Source: Thecamonas trahens ATCC 50062
Taxonomy: Eukaryota; Protista; Apusomonadida
DNA: 64,000 nucleotides
Direction: 5' to 3'
Assembly (NCBI RefSeq): GCF_000142905.1
Contig: NW_013657653.1
Span: 62,001-126,000, forward strand
The position numbers and the translations under genes are program-made. The notes beneath the pieces are model-generated. The model ran no database searches. It had not been told where the DNA came from and was given only the letters and a program-made list of their open reading frames with translations. Shown in pieces: positions 1 through 11,019 of the stretch (the stretch's first letter is position 1; each line of letters begins with the position of its first letter).

Positions 1-64
1 ACCCAACGAGCACACGTGACGCATTTCGGGGCGGAAAAGGTGGCAAGGCGAAAAGCAAGAGTAT

Positions 65-1807
65 ATGTCGTCTGTGACTGGTGTCGAGGTGGACTTTATT
101 CCGGTGCTTGGTCTGCTTGGTGGGCTTGAGTATGTGCACACCTTTTGCGGACGGTTGCACTCGGCTATCTCAGCCACTCTGGCGCAGAGGGAAGTGGTGC
201 AGGATGCTCTGATCTTCCTCTCCTCGGCAGACATTCCCTACCGCTTCTCGCAAGCCACTCTCTGTCCGCCGTCTGGGCCGCCGCTTGTCACCGATCACAA
301 CACTGATAGCGACACCAACACCGATCACAGGCCCAACCACGACTCCGACTCTAACCCGCACCCCGATCCCAACTCATCCAACGCATCCAGCACATCCAAC
401 TTGTCCGCGCCTTTGGTCGCAATCCCACGCCCACCACCGGACACATCACTGCTGCACACCAAGGTGACGATCGCCAACGGAGAACTCCCCGAGGAGGAGC
501 AGCTCGATGAGGGCGGGCTCGCCGAGCTGTACGGCGACTTGCATCTACGCAACTTCTTTGCCCTCGCCAGCATCGACATTCCTCCGCATGTGGTACTTGC
601 CGAGGCGCAAAACCTTGAGTATGCGTTTCGCACAACTGTTGCCACTTCCAAGCCCGAGAGCGGCGGCACCCGGGTCGCCATCTCCACTGGCGCTGTCTTC
701 TCGGCCTTCTTTGCTGGCCAGTGGCTGCAAGCCTTCTTTGCCGCCCTCATCGCGCTCGCCTCGGATCCAACCGTCTCCAACGACGACATCCTCACTGCGC
801 TCCGCCTCCAGTTCCCCACCCTCACCATGGTGCTCACCAGGGTCATCGACGTGCCGAACATGACGTTCTTTGACGACAAGGTCGAGATCCGCGGCCCATC
901 CGCTGTTGTCCTTCCAGGCTCGCAGAATCCTGTCCCGGTCCGGAAGATCCGCATCACTGCCCCGTTTGACCACAAGGCCATGCGCAAGTTCTATCCGCAG
1001 CTCTCGCGGCTGCTCAAGTGGCTCGTCTCGCTCCGGGTGCGCGTGGTCGACAAGGCCGCCCCGAGCCAGCTAGCCTCGGTCTATGCCTTTGACTCGGCCA
1101 AGCAGGTATTCTCGTTTGAGGGCTATGTCGCCGGCGATCAGCTGCTATGGATAGAGACTGCCGGCGGGCCCGCTGTGGCGCCCGCCGATCCCGAGCCCCG
1201 TCTCGCCGCCTCGGGCACCGTCATTGCCAACGCCCGGTGCTTCGACCTTGCCTTTCCGCCACACCAGGAGCTCGCTCTGTTCATGGACATGCAGATGACT
1301 GTCTGGGGCTTCAACGTCCTCCAGCTTCCCGTCGTTGGTATGGAGCTTCTCACCTCGCCTGACAACCCCAGCTGCGCCGAGCTCACCGTCGTCTCGGTTA
1401 CCAACCCGACGTCGACGCTCAAGCTCTTCTCATGGCTCCTCTCACTCTCGGAGCTCTACGATGAGCTCATCCGCACCTTTTCCCTCCGCGTCTTTATCGG
1501 CAATCGGACGCTGCCGCCCAATATCACCGCCGTCACCAAGGCTTCCGACACCGCCAACGCCGCCGACGCCGCCAACGCCGCCGATGCGGCTTCGTCAGCG
1601 GCAACCGACGGGTGGATCGGCTTTGCCGGGCCGAACCAATTCGCCTTTCTCCTCACCGTCGCCTTCCCGCTCAAGCTCGTCACTCGGGTGCTCTCGCACA
1701 TTTGGGACAAGTTTGTCAAAAAGTACACGTGGGTCGACATCCTCGCCTTTGCGAGCGACACGCTCAACGCATTTGTTTCGGACCTCGGCGTGGTCATGGC
1801 CCTGTAG
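65..1807 (+). CDS. Hypothetical protein, 580 aa, no recognised domain
   Basis: Long ATG-initiated ORF with coding-like GC3 bias and globular-looking composition; convergent with the CNNM gene. Confidence 0.7.
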   Translation: MSSVTGVEVDFIPVLGLLGGLEYVHTFCGRLHSAISATLAQREVVQDALIFLSSADIPYRFSQATLCPPSGPPLVTDHNTDSDTNTDHRPNHDSDSNPHPDPNSSNASSTSNLSAPLVAIPRPPPDTSLLHTKVTIANGELPEEEQLDEGGLAELYGDLHLRNFFALASIDIPPHVVLAEAQNLEYAFRTTVATSKPESGGTRVAISTGAVFSAFFAGQWLQAFFAALIALASDPTVSNDDILTALRLQFPTLTMVLTRVIDVPNMTFFDDKVEIRGPSAVVLPGSQNPVPVRKIRITAPFDHKAMRKFYPQLSRLLKWLVSLRVRVVDKAAPSQLASVYAFDSAKQVFSFEGYVAGDQLLWIETAGGPAVAPADPEPRLAASGTVIANARCFDLAFPPHQELALFMDMQMTVWGFNVLQLPVVGMELLTSPDNPSCAELTVVSVTNPTSTLKLFSWLLSLSELYDELIRTFSLRVFIGNRTLPPNITAVTKASDTANAADAANAADAASSAATDGWIGFAGPNQFAFLLTVAFPLKLVTRVLSHIWDKFVKKYTWVDILAFASDTLNAFVSDLGVVMAL

Positions 1808-1859
1808 GCAGCGGCGGTGCGAGGCATTGCATGTGTGTTTGTTGCTTGCGCTGGCGCCA

Positions 1860-4107
1860 TCAGAACCGTACTCTGCGGACCTCGCCGCGCTCCGGATCGC
1901 CGACGCCGCCCGAGGCGAACTCGTCGAGCGGCAGCGTCGAGGCCAGCAGCTCGACGCCGACGTCGTCCGAGTTGATGGGCGAGCGGACGGCCGACGGTGC
2001 ATTCTCGTCACGCTCGAGTTCGGCGTGCATGTCATCGGAGCAGAGGTCCGACGACGACGAGTGCCCACCAAGCGGGGCGCTGATGGCAGCGGCCGCGGTG
2101 CCGCCGCCACCGTCGCCGCCGCTCGAGCCGTGCATCCGTGTCGCTTCGACCGCCCGCCGGTACTGCTCGCGGGTGATCTGCCAAATCTGGACGGTGTTGG
2201 TCGAGGGATAGGCGGTAAAGTTGGGGTCGAACATGCCCGCACGCAGCAGCGCACTGTCAGCGTCGTCCTCGTCCGAGCCCTCGGGGTCGTCGGCGGTGAG
2301 GAGCTCGATGCCGAGGACCGAGTAGGGGCCAGCAAAGGAGAGGAAGCCCTCGGCGCCGGCGTGGACCTCGAGCTTGCCCTGCAGTACGAGGGTGAAGCGC
2401 GTCGACGGCTCGCCGCGGAGGTAGACCGCCTTGCGGTCGGCGACGGTGGAGCCCTCGGTCGGCCCGTCGATGGTCGAGACGGTGCCCTGCGAGCAGAGCT
2501 TGCGGAGGATCGACGGCTCGATGTGGTCGGCGCCAAACGGCTCGACCATGGAGAGCAGGTACGCGTACAGGCCATCGAGCTGCTGCGGGGTTAGGTGCTG
2601 GGTCGCCGCCCGCTTGCGGCGGAGCATGGCAGCAAAGTTGGGCCGCTGCGAGTCCTGGACCGGGAGCAGACCCATGTTGTCGACGTAGACATCAGTCTCG
2701 TCGACAATCTCGTCCATGATCAGCTCCTCGATGACGTCCTCGAGCGTGACAATGCCGACCGTCTCGTAGAACGGGTCGCCAGGGCCGTCGTTGTTGACTC
2801 GCTGGACGAGTGCCAAGTTCGAGTGCCCGGCGCGCTTGAACTGATTGAGCGCCTTGTCAAGCGTGGTGTCGTCAAACATGCGCTGGACAGGCTTGCCATA
2901 GAACTGCAGAATGGTCCGGATCGGGGTCCGGTCCTCGGGCGAGAGCAGCGCGAGGTGCTTGACCACCAGAAGGTAGTCGATGTTGCGGTCCGGCCCATCA
3001 TGGACCGGGATCCGCGAGTAGCCCGACTCCATGATGGCCTCGAGCGTCTCGTAGTCGAACAGGGCGTCGGCCGAGATGGAGAACGCCTTGGCGATCGGGG
3101 TCATGACGTGCCGGATCGACTTGCGCGAAAAGTCGAGGACGCCCGAGAGCAGCTTGTGGTCTGCCGATGTGAGGTCTGAGTCGCGCTCGCGTGCATGGAT
3201 CAGCATCAGCTGCTTCAGCTGCGTCTTGGTGTAGATGGTGCCCACCTCGTGGCCGAGCACACGGTCCAAAACCTTGGAGATCGGCCAGGCCAGCGGCGCC
3301 ATGAGGAACATGAACACCTTGACGATCCACACCGTGTACGCGCCCACCATCAGTCCGTGTCGCGAGCACCCGGCCTGCGGCATGATCTCGCCAAAGATCA
3401 CAATAAGCACCGTCGACAGGAGGAAGCCCACCACGCCCGACGTCAGGTCAGCGAGCAGAATCGAGAGCAGCGCGTTGACAGCCACGTTGCCCAGCAGCAG
3501 CGTACACAACAAAAAGTTGCCCTTGACCCGGACAGGGTAGATCTTCTGCGCATACCGCTTCTCCTCGGGCGTCCCGGACGCCATCACAACTTCCAGCCCG
3601 ACCTTGTCGAGGCCCATCAGTCCGAGCGTCAGCCCCGAAAACAGCCCCGAGAGTACAATCAGAAACAGGATCGGCAGCAGCGAGATGTAGATGGGCAGTC
3701 CACCAGACTCTGTCATGTCCCGATCACCGACCACGATGCCGACCACGATGCCGACCACGATGCCGACCACGATGCCGACCACGATGCCGACCACGATGCC
3801 GACCACGACCACGACCATGATGCCGACCACAACAGCCATAAGTATGAAAAGTCCAGCAATGCCCAATCCCAAGCCCGCCATTCACACCACGACCCGAACC
3901 AGCACACCACCATGAGTCACAAGGAGGGGGGAGAGGGGGGAGAGGGGGGAGAGGGGGGGGGGGGGGGAGAAAGAGGAGGAGGGGGAAGAGGAGAAAGGGG
4001 GGAGTAGTAGAGGGGGTAGGTGGGCGGGGGGGGGGGAGGAAGATACGGTACGTACCGTCGGCAGCCGTCGGCAGGACACAGGTCGTGGCATTGATCACGG
4101 TCGCCAT
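1860..4107 (-). CDS. CNNM: CNNM/DUF21-CBS metal transporter; exons 4107-4056 and 3709-1860
   Basis: DUF21 motifs (SGLFSGLTLGLMGLD, LLCTLLLGNVAVN, FGEIMPQA), CBS pair (GYSRIPV, GIVTLEDVIEEL) and a cNMP-like C-terminal domain. A phase-1 GTACGT..ACAG intron joins MATVINATTCVLPTAAD-E-SGGLP in frame. Confidence 0.93.
3727..3830. repeat. 12-bp tandem repeat (CCGACCACGATG) x6 plus degenerate copies, inside the CNNM intron
   Basis: Seen directly; it explains the spurious (VVGI)n, (PTTM)n and (DHDA)n ORF translations. Confidence 0.95.
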
Positions 4108-5553
4108 GCGCCCACCTCGAGGCGTGACGGGGGGGAAGGGGGGTTGAGAGGAGGGAGGAGGGGGAAACGACTAGGTGTGCTACTCTCAAGAGCTTCCACA
4201 CACACAAAGACAAGAGACTGGTACTCTCCCGTGTCAAGTATGCCCCCCAGTCGTTGTCCCTCCTTCTGTCCCTGGTCGACTCCATTGGCTGTCTCGCTCG
4301 CCTGCCGTGATGGCCTTGCACCGGTTCCCAACCAATCGACGGGGCAGGCCATCCACCTGGATGATCGAACTGGCCGGCCATCCGCCTGGCTGATGCTGAT
4401 GATCTCGAAGGTGGCCTGGAGAAAGAGGATGAAGTGAGTGTCCTCCTGCCACATTGATAATTTACCTATCAAGCGAGGAGATCTGCTTGATTAGCTTGCC
4501 TGCACCCATCTCATGGGGATTCCCATGTCCAGACCTTGCCAAACTGGCACACTTCTGCCCCGCCCGGAGAGATACGCTGCTCTTTCCCAGACTTTGATCC
4601 CTACTACCTTTGTATCCTCAGACTGCAGAGGTGCGCTTGATGGTGTGGCGGTGCTAAACAGCATGTCCATCGCATCACCTGTGTCCAATGTCAACCACCA
4701 CCACCACCATCGCTATCATCATCCACCGCCATGCCGACCAAGATCGCCATCCCCAACGTGTAAATCAATTAATGATGTAGGCTAGAGGCTCCGCGCACCA
4801 GCCGAACATCTACTTTGGCCTGGCTCAGTTTGCGGCCCGTGCTCTTGGGCTTGGCTCCGTGGTATCACGTGGCGTGGACTTGAGTTGGGGCGGATGGTCG
4901 CCGTCGGCGTGGTCGAGGCCGACGGAGGAACTGGCTCCATGGTCCTCACAACGTCATGATGATCTCTGTCATGCTCTTGGCGGTTACCGGGCATAACGAG
5001 ATCAGGCGCCTCGCGGCTCCTGGCCTACTACGTCCCGAGGTGGATTGGGGAAGGGCTGGTGCGCCAAAATGGTGCGCGAAAAAGCCGCGCCGGCCTCGCC
5101 GACCTCCACGCACGACGTCAGCCAACGCCTCGACGAGGCGCTCGGCAGTCACGTCCTCGTCGGCAGACGCCACCCTCACCCTCCCTACCACAGCGGCCCA
5201 AGCGGGGCTCCATTCTTCCCCCCCTTCGCCTCGAACAGCTCCATCACGCTCGCCGCCTACTACCGATCGTGCTTGACCTTGATCTCTGCTCCAGCCCGTT
5301 GATCAGGGCGTGCGTTGGGGGGGAGGGGGGCATTGATACACGCACACACATGGAAACAAACACACACACATACACACATTGCCACCAGAACTATTATGAT
5401 CCCAAGTGTGCACACCCTCTGTCCCATTAGCCCCGGCCGGGCCCTACCCAGATCGTGCGATCCACGGACTCGCGCTCTCAACCACGTCGACCCACCCTCA
5501 TCCTGCCCAACCCCAAGTACGTACACACACACACACCTCTGCTCCATCATCGC

Positions 5554-5814
5554 ATGCCGACCCTTCCTGGCTCCAAGCTTCCTGTTGTGGCAGTTTGGGC
5601 CTTTGCAATGGCTGCAGTCAACGGAGGCATTGCCTACGCCATGTGGGGCGACCGCGGGGTGGCGCTGCGAGGCCGTATGCGCAAGATGATGGGCGTGCCT
5701 GATCCTCCGGGAACACGATCGCAGGGCCTGCCAACCACCTCATCGCCCTCTGCTCTCGCCAGCTCTGCCTCTACTCCGGCTGCTGAGTCCAGCTCGGATG
5801 GCGATGCTTCATGA
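5554..5814 (+). CDS. Putative 86-aa small protein with one hydrophobic segment
   Basis: ATG at 5554; MPTLPGSKLPVVAVWAFAMAAVNGGIAYAMWG followed by a basic stretch and a Ser-rich tail. No homology recognised. Confidence 0.4.
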   Translation: MPTLPGSKLPVVAVWAFAMAAVNGGIAYAMWGDRGVALRGRMRKMMGVPDPPGTRSQGLPTTSSPSALASSASTPAAESSSDGDAS

Positions 5815-5929
5815 GCAAGCGCTGCGTCTCCCCTCCTCCTTCTCGGCACAACCTGACTAAGCCTCACGATACAATGCTGCCATGCACCTCGCACCGCACC
5901 GCTACACGCTGGCCAAGCGCAATCATCAT

Positions 5930-6396
5930 TTACTCGGCGGCAGCATCGTCAAAGTTGCCCTCAAGGTCGGGGATGTCGTCATCCGAGTCGTCAGCGCCGC
6001 GTTGCCGGTCATGCCGTTGAGCGCGCCAGACTCAAGGAGGTTCTTGAGGAAGTTGCTGGCGTTCGGGCCGAGCTGGTGAAGGACATCGGGCATGAGCTCG
6101 GTGATGGTCTTGACCTGCGAGGTGCCGCGGACAGTAAAGGTGTTAGCCTGGAACGAGGCCTCCACCTTCGGGCGGGAGAAGTGAAGAACCGAGTTGTCCT
6201 CACGGAACATGTTGACCTCATCAACACCGGGGAGCGCCTGCTTGTTGACCTTGGCCAGCGTCGCCGACAGCTTCTTGGCCGTCGAGCCCGACGACTTCTG
6301 CACCTTGCGCACCTTGCGGCGCATCGAGCCCTTGCCGCCAGTCCGCGAGACCTTGGACATGCGCTTAAGCTTCTCAAGCTTGGCCTGGTTAACCAT
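5930..6396 (-). CDS. BTF3: NAC beta subunit (BTF3/EGD1), with an apparent 1-nt frameshift near 5997
   Basis: RTGGKGSMRRK motif and NAC domain (LPGVDEVNMFRED..LHFSRPKV.ASFQANTF). The canonical acidic tail ADDSDDDIPDLEGNFDDAAAE* lies in the -1 frame and ends at TAA 5932-5930. Confidence 0.95.
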
Positions 6397-6398
6397 GT

Positions 6399-7094
6399 CT
6401 ACTCACATCACATCAACAATACCACACCAACGGTTCCACAGTGTGAGTCATACACATCGCCATCCCCATCCCCGTCCCCGCCCCCTCCCCCCTCCCCCCG
6501 ACCCCGTCATGCTGGTCACAACTCGTTTCGAGTCATGCATACAAAAACAGAGGCTGTTCAGCGGCGCGCTTCCGCTCCCCAACAACAGCCCAGAGTGCAG
6601 CAATCAAGCCCATCTTTTCCAGACAGATGCATACAACATGGTACTTGAGCATGGCGTGGACGGTGGCTGAGGGTTCGTCTTCTCTTTGACTCCAGCCACG
6701 GGAACTCGATCGAGCCTCGCCCTGCCGGGGATGAATACATCGAAAACCAGAGGCTCACCGCCACCTCCCCGAGTCTCAAGAGCCTCGCATCGGAGCTACC
6801 ATAGAGCTATACACACATATTTCCCCTAAACTTTGAGCTATACCACACTCGCAACTCTCTACCGAGAAGCCCGAGCGTAGCTGCGCTATCTGGTCCGTGG
6901 GTGGCCTCGATACTTCGCCCGACCACGCCGACTCCAAAAATGGCTTCATCCCCCCCATCGTCCAGCATGGTGACCTCTTCGGAGGCCACAGCCATGGCGG
7001 GGACGGGGGAGAAGGGCATGCGAGGTGCTCGTATCTTCTAGCTCACATATGCATGGCTGGTTCACGTAGTCGTGCAAGTAATCATGTTACGTAC
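6399..7094 (-). other. Predicted 5'-UTR intron of BTF3
   Basis: GTACGT donor at 7094, GACTCAC at 6449-6443, TAG acceptor 2 nt before the ATG, and nested inverted arms 6635-6720 versus 7020-7088. Alternative GTATGC donors exist at 6542 and 6634. Confidence 0.5.
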
Positions 7095-7245
7095 TGGATA
7101 TATGGAGTGTGGTGGCCGTCGCTTCCGGCAGGAGGGCCCACTTCCCGCGCTCCGTTCCTCGCTCCGCCGGTTGCCGAGTCGCGGCCGAAACGGGCCGGCC
7201 AGCTCAGAGGGCTGGCCGGCAGCGGCCAACGCGCACTGCCGGCAA

Positions 7246-9120
7246 CTACGACTCGGCCAGCGGAGCCGCTGCCTTGAACTCCTTCTCAAATAGATTGACG
7301 ACGGTATCGTCGGCGGCCGCCGCAAGCTCACAAGCCATGTCGTCCAGCAGCTCCTCGACGAAATCGTCGGCTACGCCGGTAACTATGTCCCAAGGCGTCA
7401 GCGCAGACGCCGAGAACGCGGCACACTTCTCGGCGATACGCTCCAGGAACAGCTCGCGGTGGACTTCGATGTCAGCCACCGCGTGTGTAGAGAGCTGATA
7501 GGCTTGCTGCGCGCGGTGTGCAGCGCTGGCGCGAGCTTGCCGTGCGGGACTGGCTGCCGACGAGTCGGCCTCAAGCCCAAAGCGGCCGCCCGAGTCGATG
7601 CCCCACCGCGCTCGAATCGACGCCTCCTCGGCCTCCATCTGTCCCATAAGCCGAAGTGCCTTGTCAACACGTGCTGCCATCAGCTGTGCCTCAACCTGAG
7701 CATCTGGATCATGCTCCGGCATCGGCGACGAGTCCGGAACGGCGACGTGAGCCGGCGCAACATCATCTCGAGCCGGTGCCACAGCCGGAGCTGCCGGTTC
7801 GGACGCCTCCCTCCTCACTGCCGCCGCCACAGGCTTAGCACCCGAGTGCAGACAGCGGAGAACCTCTTCTGCGAGCTCGCGGGTGAGCAGAGCGCGGGCA
7901 TTCCCTGAGCAGTCGTCGGCTGCGCTGACGGCGGGAGCCGATGGCAGAGCCGGAGCCGCAGCCAGCGGCTCAGCCACCGACCCGGCCGCCACGTCCTCAC
8001 GCTGCGGCTCCGAGTCAAGTTCGAAGCTCTCTGACGGCAGCGTGCGGCGAACCCTGACTCGGGTCCGCTGACGGGTGCGGCGCAGATGGTGGCGAGGGTG
8101 GCCCCGGCCACGGCCGCGCCCGCCACGACCGCGCCCACGGCCGCGCCCACGGCCGCGTCCACGCGGGCGACCCCGAGCTCGCGGCGGGCGAAGCCGCGAC
8201 GGGCGGGCGGAGCGGTGGACTGGCGAGTCGAGATCGCCCGGCCTGGTGTCGGGCTCTTGCCACGGAGGGCGTGTGTCGCGAACGGCGTCGCGGGTCGGCG
8301 ATCGTGACTCCGCCAGCTGCTTGGCCTTGAGCCGGGCTTGCTCGGCCCGAAAGCGCTCCTGCTCCTCAGCGAGCTGGGCGCGCTCGGCCTCGAGCCGCTG
8401 GCGAGCATGCTCCAAGTGTTTGGCGTGTGCGCGCGCCCGGCGCGCATCTTCGCGGGCACGATCCTCGGCTTCGCGCGCAGCAAGTCGCGCCTTGTACTCT
8501 TCCATGGCTTTTCGCGACGAGAGCTGTGCCGCTTGGATGAACTCGACATCCTCGTGCGGGCCTGCGACGCCAAGCTTGGTCTTGACCACCGAGCTCGGCG
8601 GGCGGCGTGTGGCGGCGACCGCGGCGTTTGGCCCGGCAATCTGCGCCAGCGGCGTCCGTGCCGACTTTGTCTTGGACGGCAACGGGCGCGTTCGCCGTGC
8701 GCTAGCCGCCAACGTGTCGACCACGACTGCAGGTGACGAAGCGCCAACGTGTTGACGGTGACGTTGGTGCGAGGCGGGAGCCAGCGGCGCCGGCGGGTGG
8801 CGGGCACGGCCACGGCGAGTCGATGCCACCGCAGCCTTCATGTCGTTGCGGACAAGCGCCTGCGCAAAGGCCAGTCGATGCTTGTGCTTGACTAGATTGG
8901 CCATGTCGGCCTCGACCCCGGTCACATACTCGGTCCGGGCCACAGCTGCCGACGACGACGACTGGTGGCGGGTCGACGACCTGGCCGCCGCCACACCAGG
9001 CGCAGGCACCAGAGGCTCGTACACAATGGCAGGCGCAGGTGCACGGACAGGCTTCCCTGGGCCCTTGCTAGGACCTAGCCGGAATGCAAGCTGGGGACGT
9101 GTCCGCATGGCTCCACTCAT
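7246..9120 (-). CDS. KIAA0753: Moonraker (KIAA0753/OFIP)-like centriolar protein
   Basis: The C-terminus PWDIVTGVADDFVEELLDDMACELAAAADDTVVNLFEKEF resembles the Moonraker C-terminal motif as I recall it (PW.IAE....ELVDEAL..VAAEL..........F..EF). Additional blocks PQLAF, RLAFAQALVRNDMK and MGQMEAEEASIRARW occur in the expected order. Start codon uncertain (9120 or 9108). Confidence 0.7.
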   Translation of the reverse strand: MSGAMRTRPQLAFRLGPSKGPGKPVRAPAPAIVYEPLVPAPGVAAARSSTRHQSSSSAAVARTEYVTGVEADMANLVKHKHRLAFAQALVRNDMKAAVASTRRGRARHPPAPLAPASHQRHRQHVGASSPAVVVDTLAASARRTRPLPSKTKSARTPLAQIAGPNAAVAATRRPPSSVVKTKLGVAGPHEDVEFIQAAQLSSRKAMEEYKARLAAREAEDRAREDARRARAHAKHLEHARQRLEAERAQLAEEQERFRAEQARLKAKQLAESRSPTRDAVRDTRPPWQEPDTRPGDLDSPVHRSARPSRLRPPRARGRPRGRGRGRGRGRGRGGRGRGRGHPRHHLRRTRQRTRVRVRRTLPSESFELDSEPQREDVAAGSVAEPLAAAPALPSAPAVSAADDCSGNARALLTRELAEEVLRCLHSGAKPVAAAVRREASEPAAPAVAPARDDVAPAHVAVPDSSPMPEHDPDAQVEAQLMAARVDKALRLMGQMEAEEASIRARWGIDSGGRFGLEADSSAASPARQARASAAHRAQQAYQLSTHAVADIEVHRELFLERIAEKCAAFSASALTPWDIVTGVADDFVEELLDDMACELAAAADDTVVNLFEKEFKAAAPLAES

Positions 9121-9494
9121 GCCCTTCAAGTCGGGTGCTCCCTCCTCGCCAAAACCGCGCCCTTTTACTGAAAACGGCAAATGATCGCCGTCGCAATGAG
9201 AATCGCGGCTGTAGCTCTGCTTTGCACACCCACGGGGCAATACGGTGAGGCAGATGGAAAGACGCGCCAGGGCTAGCGGAAGGGAAAGAAGCGTGAGGCG
9301 AAGATGCGTAGCAGTTGCCATCGCGATCGCATGTACTTGTACGGAGGGAGCAGGAAGAGCGAGCAGGATGGCGGCTGGGCATGCCACCGTGCGTCGGGCA
9401 GCCGCGGACGGCGGCAGCGACAGCGGCAGCGACAGCGACAGCGACAGCGGGCAGGCAGGCGGCAAAGGTAGGAGTTAGACCTGACTCTTTGACC

Positions 9495-9874
9495 ATGACA
9501 ACGACAGCTACGTTGTCCGAGCTGAACAAGGTGCTGATGGGGCTTGAGAACGTGTCTACACGACTCGGTACGGAACGAAGGAGCGGCGGGAGTGCCGAGG
9601 GGAGGCGGCCCACGCCGTGTGAGGGTTGGCGGCTGGGGGTGTCGTCATGCTGGGCACAGGCACTCACACGTAGGCACAACCACGACGGGTGGTGTGTGGA
9701 AATGCGGTTTGCGCAGATGCAGTGGTGGAGGGGATGCAAGAGACAGAGCAGGTGCTGGCTACGGTTGTGGAGACACAAGAGGCTCTGTCAACAGTCGTGG
9801 GTGCTACCAGGGTGGCATGGGAGGGCATGCCGCCGCCGCCAACTCTGGCCTCATCGCGCACACAGGAGCTGTAG
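9495..9874 (+). CDS. 76-aa helical/coiled-coil microprotein; exons 9495-9567 and 9717-9874
   Basis: GTACGG donor, CACTCAC at 9661 and a GCGCAG acceptor give an in-frame join: MTTTATLSELNKVLMGLENVSTRLDAVVEGMQETEQVLATVVETQEALSTVVGATRVAWEGMPPPPTLASSRTQEL. Confidence 0.7.
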
Positions 9875-10189
9875 CGCGCAACATTGGGTGTCCACTCTTC
9901 TAGCGGCTCGCAGCAGCTCGCGTCCACTCATGCGGCAGCTGGTGGCATCTGCTACGACCATCAGCTACCGCCCGCACGAGCTGTGCCACCAACATCGACT
10001 GAATCGCTCACACAAGCTGGACTCGCCAGCTCTCGTCACGAGCTGGCCAAGAAGAAGAGGAACAGATGCGAATATGGGCGCAGTGACCGCGAGTATGTGC
10101 TCAGGGTGCGGGATTGCTGTTTGATGAGGGGAAGGAGAGAGGGAGGCCGTTGATGCAGTGGCGCCCCCCCGCGATAGGCGGGGGTCGCC

Positions 10190-10768
10190 TCAGGAGACAA
10201 AGTCGAGATGGGCGGTGCGAAGCCAGTCGAGACCCTCGTACAGGCCGTCTCCAGAGAGGCACGAGGTGGCCTGGATGTACCACGGGCGCGTCTCGGCGGC
10301 AAGGCCGAGGGCGGCGGCGATGTCGCTGACCGGCAGCGCGTACGGGAGATCCATCTTGTTGGCCATGATGAGGAGCGGGACGCCGGCGAGCTCGGGTGCG
10401 CCAAGCACGTTGTTGAGCTCGTCGCGGGCCTCGGAGAGGCGGTCGCGGTCGTTGGCATCGATGACGTAGATGAGGCCGCCGAGGTTCTTGTAGTAGTGGC
10501 GCCAGAGCGGGCGGATCTTGTCCTGACCTCCGACGTCCCAGCAGTTGAAGCGGACGCCCTTGAACTCGACCGTCTCGACGTTAAAGCCGATGGTTGGGAT
10601 GGTCGACACGATCTCGCCGAGGCGGAGCTTGTACAGCATGGTCGACTTGCCAGCGGCATCTAGGCCGATCATGGTGATGCGTGCGTCGCGGACGCCCCAC
10701 GACGTGTTGAACAGCTTGCCGATCTTGAGCTTGAACGAGCTGAACATGCGGGTGATCGAGTCAAACAT
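10190..10768 (-). CDS. ARF-family small GTPase (Arf1-like)
   Basis: [39 protein letters not shown] and [11 protein letters not shown] motifs. Confidence 0.95.
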   Translation of the reverse strand: MFDSITRMFSSFKLKIGKLFNTSWGVRDARITMIGLDAAGKSTMLYKLRLGEIVSTIPTIGFNVETVEFKGVRFNCWDVGGQDKIRPLWRHYYKNLGGLIYVIDANDRDRLSEARDELNNVLGAPELAGVPLLIMANKMDLPYALPVSDIAAALGLAAETRPWYIQATSCLSGDGLYEGLDWLRTAHLDFVS

Positions 10769-11019
10769 TTTGCCTACGGAGTAAGAGTAGCTTGTTGGTT
10801 GTTGGTTGTGTGCCGGCTGGCAATGACGTGCGTGGCGGCGTCGAGGCGCCGGGTTTTGAGGAGATGGCTGAAAAAAAGGCAGCGGTCGGCGTCGTCGCTC
10901 GGCTGGTCTACACAACTGCGCCGAACACTGCTTCCTCAACAACCACATGGAAGCTCCGCCGCACCCGCGCAACCACAACACACAGCATCACACACAGAGG
11001 GTTCAAGTCAACGCACCGT

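Noticed and set aside
36-50. PACE-like GGTGGCAAG
   Set aside because: Imperfect, and not upstream of any of the three proteasome genes.
3710-3881. (VVGI)n hydrophobic N-terminus of the CNNM ORF
   Set aside because: It is the translation of an intronic 12-bp repeat; the real start is at 4107.
4175-5300. Short coding-looking ORF fragments upstream of CNNM
   Set aside because: Interrupted by stops and frame changes with no recognisable homology; cannot be supported as a gene or pseudogene.
6930-6950. Sm-site-like ATTTTTGGAG on the minus strand, suggesting an snRNA
   Set aside because: No U1, U2, U4 or U5 conserved elements nearby.
10769-10960. Upstream mini-exon giving the ARF an MG start
   Set aside because: An acceptor-like TAG exists, but there is no GTACG donor, ACTCAY motif or ATGG|GT.
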